Made by a program: the position numbers and the translations under genes. Below, in pieces: positions 1 to 9,400 of a stretch of DNA of 64,000 nt. Below the pieces are notes generated by a model that saw only the letters and a program-made list of their open reading frames with translations, was not told where the DNA came from and did no database searches. Source of the stretch: Verrucomicrobiia bacterium (GTDB lineage Bacteria > Verrucomicrobiota > Verrucomicrobiia > Limisphaerales > SXQI01); contig DASVNK010000030.1 of the NCBI GenBank assembly GCA_036383895.1, forward strand, positions 116,490-180,489. The letters run 5' to 3'. The number at the start of each line of letters is the position of its first letter. Position 1 is the stretch's first letter.

Positions 1-645
1 GAAGCGAGCAGTACATGGGCCCGGGAGAAGAAAGGGAACAACGCCTACACCATTTTGGAAGCGTTTGGTCCGGAGATCACTGTTCTAAACAGTAATATCA
101 GCGAAGTGGCGCAATGTATTTATTGGTTGCCGAAGTCCCAGATTACGGGAGAAGGCTTGGCGCTGCTGACCGGGCTTTGTCATCCGTTTGCTATAAATGA
201 GTTTCAAAAATGGTTAGATGCTGCTCAGGGCGCGTGTGCCGAGTCCGGGTTTGACGTCCTCGCTTTGTTTTTTCTAGAGCAACGGATGGGACGCTGGGCT
301 ACTGCGGCATTTTCTGAGTATGACATAGCGCATGAAACCTTTAACCCGTATAATAATCGGCGCCTCCATTGCCACATGCTCGGCGTCAGTAAGTCTCATC
401 GTTTCGACCGCAGGTGGAAAGTATCGCTCAGGCATATTAAGTCGCTTTGGCCAGAGGTGCTAAATGAGCCGATCAACCCTCAGGATTCGCGATGGGCGAA
501 AATCCAGCAGTATTGCAGACGCTTTATTGTTCATAAGCTGGTCCCCCACTGGTTGCCAATTTACCCATACCTGCGCTTCCTAAAAAGGAGAAAACGATTT
601 CAGAGGCAACTGAGAAGCGCTTCCCTGGAAAAGACCTTGCGATGA
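1..645 (+). CDS. hypothetical protein, 5' end outside the window
   Basis: Frame 1 is open from nt 1 (EASSTWAREKKGNNAYTILEAFGPE...) to the TGA at 643-645. The TTG at 55 in the ORF track is only the first in-window start. The stop overlaps the next ATG (ATGA at 642-645), so the gene is coupled to the methyltransferase. No motif I can name. Confidence 0.5.
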   Translation, partial: EASSTWAREKKGNNAYTILEAFGPEITVLNSNISEVAQCIYWLPKSQITGEGLALLTGLCHPFAINEFQKWLDAAQGACAESGFDVLALFFLEQRMGRWATAAFSEYDIAHETFNPYNNRRLHCHMLGVSKSHRFDRRWKVSLRHIKSLWPEVLNEPINPQDSRWAKIQQYCRRFIVHKLVPHWLPIYPYLRFLKRRKRFQRQLRSASLEKTLR

Positions 646-1253
646 GCGTAACTCCACTCCTCCAGAAAGTCCGCAGTAAAGTGCGCAACCGTTTAGCCGC
701 GCTGATCAAAGCATACGGCGGGTCGGCTCTGAAGAAGCGGGTGTGGGATTACGAGTTTGCGAAGGGTTCTTGGGAGTTTATTGACCAGACTCCGGGTGAC
801 TATATTTATCCTTTTATTGAGAAATACTCCCGCGGGGGTTCCATTCTCGACCTTGGTTGCGGCTCTGGTAATACCGCGAACGAAGTGCAAGCCGGCTGTT
901 ACCGCAAGTATGTCGGTGTGGATATATCAGACGTAGCTGTGCAAAAAGCTATTAACCGGTCTGCCGCCAATGGCCGGAGCGCTAACGCGTATTTTCAGGG
1001 CGACATCTGCACCTATCAACCGTCTGAAACGTTTGATGTCATTCTTTTCCGGGAGTCTATTTGGTACATTCCTTTCCCTCAACTCAGGGCGCAATTGGAT
1101 CGCTATCGACAATATTTAAGCCCATGCGGAGTTATAATTGTACGGTTTTATGAAAAGCGAAAGTTCGAGGCAATCACCTCACTGATCAACAATCATTACC
1201 ACATCCTTGAAGAACACGTGTTTGATCGGGATTACATTATGATTTTTCGCTAG
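642..1253 (+). CDS. class I SAM-dependent methyltransferase
   Basis: 203-aa ORF. Glycine-rich SAM-binding motif I ILDLGCGSGNTA, then acidic VGVDISD and FDVILFRES strands typical of the Rossmann-like MTase fold. Start overlaps the upstream stop. Confidence 0.8.
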   Translation: MSVTPLLQKVRSKVRNRLAALIKAYGGSALKKRVWDYEFAKGSWEFIDQTPGDYIYPFIEKYSRGGSILDLGCGSGNTANEVQAGCYRKYVGVDISDVAVQKAINRSAANGRSANAYFQGDICTYQPSETFDVILFRESIWYIPFPQLRAQLDRYRQYLSPCGVIIVRFYEKRKFEAITSLINNHYHILEEHVFDRDYIMIFR

Positions 1254-1256
1254 TAT

Positions 1257-2267
1257 ATGATTCCTTTAGTTTCTATCCTCATACCTGCTTACAATGCGGC
1301 AGAGTGGATATCTCAGACGCTTTCCTCTGCCATTGCTCAAACCTGGCCAAATAAAGAGATCATTGTGGTCGATGATGGCTCGACCGACGACACGGTCGCC
1401 ATTGCGCGGCAATTTGAATCGCATGGAGTCCGGATCCTTCAACAGAAAAACCAGGGTGCGGCATCTGCCAGGAATCACGCTTATTCGGTCTCAAGGGGGG
1501 AATATATTCAGTGGTTGGACGCAGATGACTTGCTCGCTCCTGATAAAATATCTCTTCAAATGCAGAGAGCCGATCCAGCATTCCCCCGGGTTCTTTTTTC
1601 TTGTGCGTGGGGCACCTTTATTTATCGGCCGGCCAAGGCTCACTTCTTTCCTACTGACCTTTGGTGTGACCTGGATCCCGCCGAATGGATTCTCAGAAAA
1701 TTTGAACAGCCTATCTACATGCAGACATCTTCGTGGTTGGTCAGTCGCGAGCTTACGGAGAAGGCCGGCCCCTGGAATACAAACTTAATGGGTGACGATG
1801 ATGGTGAGTATTTTTGTAGAGTAATCATTGCCAGCACCCACGTGCGCTTTGTTCCGGAAGCAAAGGTGTTTTACCGATGCGCCGGGAATAATCGATTAAG
1901 CTACGTGGGAACTTCGAATCCAAAGCTGGAGGCGCATTTCTTATCAATGCAGCTGCATGTCCAATATACCCTTAACGCCTTGGGATCCTCAGAACGTGTT
2001 CGAGCGGCTCTTTTAACATATTTACAGCGATTTATGATTTATTTTTATGAACGTCGACCCGACATTGTCAATGAGCTGCAAAAAATGGCGTACAAATTAG
2101 GTGGTCACCTGCACGCGCCCGTCCTGCCTTGGAAGTATGCTTGGTTACAGAACCTTTTTGGATGGACTTTTGCCAGAAAGGCTCAGCTGCAATTACCGCA
2201 GGTGCGAGGACACATTCTGAGTCTTGCTGATAGAGCTTTATGGCGTTTCGAAGGTGGCAGGCGATGA
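1257..2267 (+). CDS. family 2 glycosyltransferase
   Basis: N-terminus VSILIPAYNAAEWISQTLSSAIAQTWPNKEIIVVDDGSTDDT plus LDADDLL (DxD) is the classic GT2 (GT-A) signature. Starts 3 nt after the preceding stop. Confidence 0.85.
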   Translation: MIPLVSILIPAYNAAEWISQTLSSAIAQTWPNKEIIVVDDGSTDDTVAIARQFESHGVRILQQKNQGAASARNHAYSVSRGEYIQWLDADDLLAPDKISLQMQRADPAFPRVLFSCAWGTFIYRPAKAHFFPTDLWCDLDPAEWILRKFEQPIYMQTSSWLVSRELTEKAGPWNTNLMGDDDGEYFCRVIIASTHVRFVPEAKVFYRCAGNNRLSYVGTSNPKLEAHFLSMQLHVQYTLNALGSSERVRAALLTYLQRFMIYFYERRPDIVNELQKMAYKLGGHLHAPVLPWKYAWLQNLFGWTFARKAQLQLPQVRGHILSLADRALWRFEGGRR

Positions 2268-2377
2268 TAGAACCATCCCTGCAGTGAAGTTTTAAGAAAC
2301 GTATTCCTGTCTTCGTCCGCGTTGTCAAGTGATTCAAACTGAACGAGATCAGCTTCCGGACTACTTGTCTTTATCTA

Positions 2378-3928
2378 GTGTCTTCGCAAAATATTAAGCA
2401 GGACGAAGCATCTGCGCCCGCGTTACTTAGTGCCCCTCCAGCGACCCGTGGATCTTACGGTCAAATCCTTAAGTCCTCGGTGTTGATCGGTAGCTCTTCG
2501 GCGATCAATATTCTTCTCGGGATTGTTCGTACCAAGATAGTGGCAGTGATCCTGGGCCCAGCCGGATTTGGGCTGCATGGTCTTTTTAACTCGATCATGG
2601 AACTTGTCGTGTCGATTGCGGGGTTGGGCGTTAGCAGCAGTGGTGTTCGAGAAGTCGCCGCCGCGCGGGAGTCTTCGGATTGTACCGTCGTGCCAAAAAC
2701 AGTTAAGGCCTTGCGGCGCACATGCTGGATCCTTGGCGGCCTTGGCGGGGCGAGTCTTATGGTCTTTGCTTCGTATTTCTCTAGGCTTACATTCAATTCG
2801 CCTGATTACCAATGGGGTGTGGCACTGTTAGGAAGCGCCGTATTTTTAAGAATGCTCGCTAACGGAGAATCCGCAATCCTTCAAGGTTTTCGACGGATCG
2901 GTGATCTTTCGAGATCTTCTATCTACGCGGGACTGATCAGCACGTTCGGTACGATCGTTGTTGTTTTCTACTGGCGTGAGGCGGGCATTGTTCCGGCCAT
3001 TGCCCTTACTGCGGCAGTGTCCGCAGTTGTGACGCGGTGGTACTTGCGGGGCCTCCCCTTGCACATGGACGTGTCAGATCGAGAGGACACATTGCGCCGG
3101 ATGCGATCGCTGATCCATCTAGGAGTCGCTTTCATGGCCAGTGGACTGGTTGCCATGGCTTCCGCTTATGTGATCCGGATCATGCTTACCAGTGAGCTCG
3201 GCTTGGACGCGGCCGGTTATTACCATGCTGCTTGGACCATTGGGGGTCTTTATCTGGGGTTTGTCTTTCAAGCAATGGGTGCGGATTTTTATCCACGACT
3301 AACTTCGGTTGCCCAGAATCACGAAGAGGCCAACCGTCTGGTAAATGAACAGGCTATGATCAGCTTGCTCTTAGGAGGTCCTGGCATCTTAGCAACAATC
3401 GCGTGTTCCCCGTTTGTTATCGCTCTGTTCTACTCGGAAAAATTTGCGAGTGCGGTGCCTATGCTACGTTGGATCTGCCTGGGTATGGCACTTCGGGTTG
3501 TAACATGGCCAGTTGGCTTTATGATCATAGCAAAAGCTCGGCGTGATTTAATCGTTTTCACGGAAGTCGCATGGGGTTTTGCGCATCTTTCATCCGCTTG
3601 GGTTTGCATCAAGCTATTTGGACTTAACGGAGCCGCTTTTGCTTTCTTCTTTTCTTACGTCGTTCATGGGCTGCTTGTATACTATTTAGTTCGTAGAATT
3701 TCTGGCTTTAAATGGTCTTCAGAGTATATAATCGTAGGATCCGTGTATTCAATTTTAGTTGTAACCGTATTCTTCGCAACGTTCTTCGTACCTGTTCTTA
3801 GTGCTTCGATCATTGGTATCGCTGCGTGCATAATAGCGTCGCTATATTCGTTTAGAATGCTCCTGAAATTGGTTGGAGTGGCAAACATTCCCAGTTCTTT
3901 AAAACGAGTTCTCGTTCTGTTTCGGTAG
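2378..3928 (+). CDS. polysaccharide/oligosaccharide flippase (MOP/Wzx-like)
   Basis: 516-aa ORF (GTG start), hydrophobic throughout with roughly 12-14 predicted membrane spans. Sits in a GT/methyltransferase operon. Size and topology fit Wzx/polysaccharide-biosynthesis-protein family members. Confidence 0.7.
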   Translation: MSSQNIKQDEASAPALLSAPPATRGSYGQILKSSVLIGSSSAINILLGIVRTKIVAVILGPAGFGLHGLFNSIMELVVSIAGLGVSSSGVREVAAARESSDCTVVPKTVKALRRTCWILGGLGGASLMVFASYFSRLTFNSPDYQWGVALLGSAVFLRMLANGESAILQGFRRIGDLSRSSIYAGLISTFGTIVVVFYWREAGIVPAIALTAAVSAVVTRWYLRGLPLHMDVSDREDTLRRMRSLIHLGVAFMASGLVAMASAYVIRIMLTSELGLDAAGYYHAAWTIGGLYLGFVFQAMGADFYPRLTSVAQNHEEANRLVNEQAMISLLLGGPGILATIACSPFVIALFYSEKFASAVPMLRWICLGMALRVVTWPVGFMIIAKARRDLIVFTEVAWGFAHLSSAWVCIKLFGLNGAAFAFFFSYVVHGLLVYYLVRRISGFKWSSEYIIVGSVYSILVVTVFFATFFVPVLSASIIGIAACIIASLYSFRMLLKLVGVANIPSSLKRVLVLFR

Positions 3929-3948
3929 TTCTTCCTCAGATTAGTTCT

Positions 3949-6243
3949 ATGGAGGTTCAAAAGCCAAAGCTGGTCTACTTTCAATTCAAATACGACGAGT
4001 CATTACCTGAGTTTATGCTCGCGCATAAGACGGAGCACGTTGCATGCCTGCGTGAGAGTTTCGATGTCGTCGTGATTAACGAGGACTGTGATTATAAGAG
4101 AGTCTGCGAATTGCACCAACCCGATCTCGCCCTTTTTGAAAGCGGCGTTAACCTTCGGAATTGTCGCCGCCCTCGCGTCGGGAATGTAAAAAGCGACAAC
4201 AGTATCCCGAAGTTGGGCCTCCATAACGGGGATGCATGGTGCGACACGCGTGCTGGATTTCTCTCCGATATGGAGGCGTGGGGTATTAACACCTTTTTCG
4301 CAATCTCCACCACCGAGCGCGAGCACCTGCCTGAGATTGCGCAGCACACTTTCATCTGGCCAAACTTTATCAATCCGTCGATCTACAAGGACTATAAACT
4401 CACCAAGGTTGTTCCCATCCTCTTTACTGGCGCCCTTTATAAGAACTATCCTTGGCGCCATGACGTTTTTCGCATTCTATCTGAAAAGTATCCGAATCTA
4501 CGATGCCCACATTTCGGCTATACGCATCAAGCCGGACCTAGGCAGATGCTTGTTGGGCGGAACTACGCGGAAGCTTTGAATGCCAGCCAGATCGTTCCCA
4601 CTTGTGGCACCATCGCCGGTGAGTTGGTCCGAAAGCATCTTGAAGTGCCGGCATGCAATTCCTGTTTATTGACCGAAGATAGCCCTGCGCTTCGCGCTGC
4701 AGGATTCTCGGACATGGAAAATTGTGTTTTTGTTACGCCGGCAAACGTCTCGGACCGAGTCGATTTCCTTTTCCGGAACCCTAATAAATTGGCTCAGATT
4801 ACCGCCAACGGACATGATCTTGTTCAGTCTCGCCACACCATTCGCCACCGCGACCAGATTCTTCAGTGGTACCGCATTAACAAGACGAAACCTTCTGGTA
4901 CCGAGATACAGCAGCCGAACCCATTCTCTCCTTTTGTAGTTCGACCCGTAAGTTCGATTTCCGGGCGTCTCTCAGAACCCCAATCCGGGCGCCACCTTGA
5001 GCTCCTACGGAGGGGGGATAGGGAACTGTGGAGCGGGAACTATGTAAAGGCTCGGGAGTTGTATTATCAATCCCTAGGCTATATCGGCTGGTTCGCAGAG
5101 CCTAAGATGAGACTGGCCCTCGTTGATTTATTTGTGGGAAGACCAGACGAAGCTTTGGAGCGCCTCGAGGAACTTTTGCGCTATACGCTTGTACGATATC
5201 AGGCAGATCAACCGGATCCTGTGGAGTGGGCCTATTTCGTCGTCGCACTCCTTGCGATAGGCAAAAAGAATGGTGCGATCGCTACGGCTCATCGCTTCCC
5301 CCATCTATCCCATCCGGAATTAAACCGAATTAGAGCGGTACTGAACCACCTTTTCGGCGCTAGCTTACCTGAAACTATGGCTGGAACCCGCAGACATAGT
5401 ATTCACCAACTTCCGGATAGGACTTTTGAAGGCTGGCTCGATGACCTTTGCCTGATGCTGGACAACGCTGGAGTTTCCGATGGCGGACGATTGCGGGAGA
5501 CGAAAGCGAAGATCCTCTCGGGGCGCCCGCGAATTTCTGAATCGACATCCAACAAGACGACGCTCGATGATTCGAGCGCTCCCTTTCTACCCGCGAATCT
5601 TCGCATAAAGCGGCGCGTCCGTAATCACCTTCGATCGTTTGCTCAGGCCACCGGGCGCCAATTGAACGAACTGGAGCGTAAAACGATTCCGTTCCTGCCC
5701 TACCGGATCTCATCATTGAGGAAAGAAGAACCGTACGTAGCAGTAGCCGCTCTTGCTGAGGACCACCGAATCATGAGTGCGGCAATTCTGGGAGCGGCGA
5801 GCGCCGCTCCTCTGTCAGAGGCGTTTGTTCGGAGTTTCGGCGCGCGCGACGATCAGGTTCGGCTCTTCTGCGCCCACCGTGCCGATCGCTCGAACCTTCA
5901 GCAGTACCAAAGAATAATGGGCCGCCGCATGACTGCCTTGACTATCAGTTCGGAGGCGAATTTTGGTGAGGCTGCCCTTCCGTTCCTTACCGGACTAAGT
6001 TCCGCTTTGGAGAAGGATCATTCCAGGCTCGATGTTATTCTGATCGACTTCTTCAAAGTCGGTGAATCCATCGAGATGTCCGCTGCGCTGCAGATCATTC
6101 AGCTCGCTACCTTCATTGTTCTGTTCGGCACGGACCGTCCGGTCGCCTCCGAACTGCGGCTCGCGCTCCTCTCCGATGAGAGATACCTCACTTTGAATGA
6201 CAATCTGAAGCCAGAAGCGTACTCTATCTTTCGCACGGTTTAG
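3949..6243 (+). CDS. multidomain protein: CgeB-like glycosyltransferase-type N-terminal half plus helical/unknown C-terminal half
   Basis: 764-aa ORF. Residues ~150-310 (PILFTGALYKNYPWRHDVF...VPACNSCLLTED...ENCVFVTPANVSDRVDFLFRNPNKLAQITANGHDLVQSRHTIRHR) resemble the CgeB/Glyco_trans_1_2 C-terminal fold. The middle part is TPR-like (WSGNYVKARELYYQSLGY). I do not recognise the last ~300 aa. Confidence 0.5.
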   Translation: MEVQKPKLVYFQFKYDESLPEFMLAHKTEHVACLRESFDVVVINEDCDYKRVCELHQPDLALFESGVNLRNCRRPRVGNVKSDNSIPKLGLHNGDAWCDTRAGFLSDMEAWGINTFFAISTTEREHLPEIAQHTFIWPNFINPSIYKDYKLTKVVPILFTGALYKNYPWRHDVFRILSEKYPNLRCPHFGYTHQAGPRQMLVGRNYAEALNASQIVPTCGTIAGELVRKHLEVPACNSCLLTEDSPALRAAGFSDMENCVFVTPANVSDRVDFLFRNPNKLAQITANGHDLVQSRHTIRHRDQILQWYRINKTKPSGTEIQQPNPFSPFVVRPVSSISGRLSEPQSGRHLELLRRGDRELWSGNYVKARELYYQSLGYIGWFAEPKMRLALVDLFVGRPDEALERLEELLRYTLVRYQADQPDPVEWAYFVVALLAIGKKNGAIATAHRFPHLSHPELNRIRAVLNHLFGASLPETMAGTRRHSIHQLPDRTFEGWLDDLCLMLDNAGVSDGGRLRETKAKILSGRPRISESTSNKTTLDDSSAPFLPANLRIKRRVRNHLRSFAQATGRQLNELERKTIPFLPYRISSLRKEEPYVAVAALAEDHRIMSAAILGAASAAPLSEAFVRSFGARDDQVRLFCAHRADRSNLQQYQRIMGRRMTALTISSEANFGEAALPFLTGLSSALEKDHSRLDVILIDFFKVGESIEMSAALQIIQLATFIVLFGTDRPVASELRLALLSDERYLTLNDNLKPEAYSIFRTV

Positions 6244-6462
6244 GTGAAGGGCTGTTCGGCTGGTCCATACTGCGGCTGTTGCAAAATTCTTTTACAATTC
6301 GGGGTGCTTTTGCCTCTCAATAAAGCAAGTCGCTCTTAGGTAAGAGACCTATGTCTCGCAGCATCAAGGTCTTACTTCAACCTTGGTCGGTTTATCTGCC
6401 TGTGGCCCCAACATTGCTGAATCTCCAGCTTCAGATTGCTTGGCCGAACAATAATTGTGGAA

Positions 6463-9400
6463 ATGGAACTTTTCTCCGTGTCTCTTAGGGCTTTTTGCAG
6501 GCGTGGCGCGCAGTGCCTCTTCGTCTTATTCTGCGCCGCTATTCGCGTCAGTATGGGTGCCAGCCCTGAAGCTCCAGGCTGGTTCGCGGGCGATATCCAC
6601 GTTCATCGTAGCTGCGGCGGGAGTCCGGTTCCACTTTCGACCATCTATGAAGCAATGAATGTGAACAACCTCGCGGTTGTCTCCCTTTTGGCGGATAGTG
6701 GAAATGGCGAAGTGCTGAATCCCGTCACGGATCTTCCGCTAATCAACGGTCTGGATGATGCCGGTTCAACAGCCAATCGCATTCTCCATTGGGATGCGGA
6801 GTGGCATTGGGATGCGACTTATTCCCAATATTCTCACCAGGCACTTGGCGGTCATGTTTTAACCTTGGGAATAACAAATGCGCAACAGATCTGGCACGAA
6901 TATACCTATCCTGTCTTGAAAATGGCACGCGATCACGGCGGTGTCGGCGGCTTTGCGCATATGCAGTATCTCGGCGACAGCTTTCCTAACGGCCTAAATT
7001 GCTGCCTCCCCATCGAATACCCCGTCGAGGTCGCTCTCGGTTCTGCCGATTTCGTTTCCCAGGACGTGACTGGCAGCGATACCGCCATGCAAGCTTGGTA
7101 CCGCCTGCTGAATTGCGGTTTTCGTCCAGGCTTTGCCGCTGGTTCGGACTATCCCTGCAGTGCTAATATCGGCGACCTACTCACCTACGTGAAAGTCGAC
7201 GGGACGCTGACCTACAAAAAGTACATCGACGGAATAAAGGCCGGTCGCACGGTTGTCTCCCGTAACGCACATCGCGAGTTCCTCGATCTTAAGGTGAACG
7301 CTTCAGCAGTTCCGGGCGACGAAATCAATCTCGCTCAGGCCGGTTCTGTCCCGGTGGTGGTTGTCTGGACCGCTACTCAGAATTTTACGGGTTCGTTGGA
7401 AATCGTTCAGAATGGAAACATCGTTGCAAGTCAAACTGCAACTGTCAGTGCCGGTACGCCTGTCACGTTGAATGCGAACGTAAACTTCACAAAAAGCGGC
7501 TGGCTTGTAGCTCGTCGTATGAGTAGCCGAGGACACGAAGTTCATACTGGAGCGATCTTCGTGAAAATTGGAGGAGCTCCAATCCGTACCAGTGTCACAG
7601 ACGCCGAGTTTTATGTAGACTGGATGAACCAACTCCTGCAACGCACCTCTGTGGGCGGGGTGTGGGCATCGTACTACCAGAATAACAGAGCACAGGCTCA
7701 CGCTCGAATTGACGCCGCTCGCACGCTATTTCAACAGATCGCTACGGACGCAGCTAACCTTTCATGGGGTATCACGACTGAAGGTCTTCCGGCTGCATTC
7801 CCGAATGTAGCGTACTCTGCTCAGCTTCACGCGGCAGGCGGAACGACTCCTTATACTTGGTCCGTTGTGAGCGGTTCCCTCCCGGCAGGGCTTTCTCTGT
7901 CGGCCAATGGCCAGATTTCAGGAACGCCCAGTCAAGTCGGCATTACCGCATTTAGCGTTCGCGCCGCTGACTCCAGCAATCCACAACGCGTCGCTACGAA
8001 GTCACTCACGCTCGACGTAGCTGGTGGGGCGAGCATTTGGCCAACTTCCTCTCCCCTCAATTCTGGAGACGGCGATTCTAGCGCGGTGGAGTTGGGGTTA
8101 AAGTTTCAAAGCTCGGCTTCTGGGAATGTAACAGGTATTCGCTTTTACAAATCGCCCGGAAACACTGGGCTGCACACAGGAAAAATTTGGAGCGCATCCG
8201 GCGCGTTGCTGGCCTCAACCACTTTTGTAAACGAAACACCCTCTGGTTGGCAGTTTCAGCGCCTCTCATCACCTTTGTCAATTACTGCGAATACCACTTA
8301 CATCGTCTCCTACCATGCACCTGCAGGCCGCTATGCAGCGGATTCCGGATACTTCAATTCGGCGTTCAGCAATGGTCCCTTACGAGCTCTATCTAATTCC
8401 GAAAGCGGCGGCAATGGAGTTTACCGCTACGGTTCCTCAGCGTTTCCGGATCAGACATGGGGTGCAGCAAATTATTGGGTAGACGTTCTTTTTGATCAGG
8501 GTTCAGTCAATGACACAACCCCGCCAACTATCGTGCTGCGGTCGCCAGGGGCTTCGGAAATAGGTGTTTCGCCTTCAACTGCAATCACGGTAACTTTTAG
8601 TGAGCCGGTTCAAACCGCGACAGTCAATTCCTCAACGATTGTTCTTCGCAACGCAGCGAATTCTATCATTCCGACCACTCTTTCCTACAATTCAGCCACA
8701 GCGACTGTGACCATCCAGCCTGGTTCGGACTTAAGCCTATCTTCGACCTATTCGGTCACCGTTGTTGGTGGAGCATCCGGAATCAAGGATATCGCCGGGA
8801 ATGCGCTGGCGAGTAATGCCACTTGGTCATTTGCCACCGCGAGTTCGGTGCCTCGGTCAATTTGGAATTCCTCTGTTACTCCGGCAGTTGTGGCTGATTC
8901 TGAGACCAGCGCAGTGGAGGTTGGACTTAAGTTTCAAAGCGCTGTTCCGGGCACAATTGCAGGTGTACGCTTCTACAAAGGGACTGGGAACAACGGTCCT
9001 CATGTCGGAAACCTCTGGACCAGTTCGGGCACGCTCCTAAGGAGTGTTACTTTCAACAACGAAACCGCGTCAGGTTGGCAGTCTCAAGCATTCGCGACGC
9101 CGGTTCAGATCACGCCAAACACAACTTACGTCATCTCTTATCATGCTCCAAACGGCCGATATGCGGTCAATAGCGGCTACTTCCAATCTGGTGGCTTCTC
9201 GAACTTGCCATTGCGAGCCCTCGCAAACGGTGAGGATGGCGGAAACGGCGTTTACCGCTATGGTGCAACTGGGTTTCCCAGCCAGAGTTGGAATGGCGCG
9301 AATTATTGGGTTGATGTTCTCTTCCTGCCCGAGGTTGATAACACCGCTCCCACCATCGCGGATATTTCACCCGCCGAGAACTCAAACAATGTTGGCGCTT

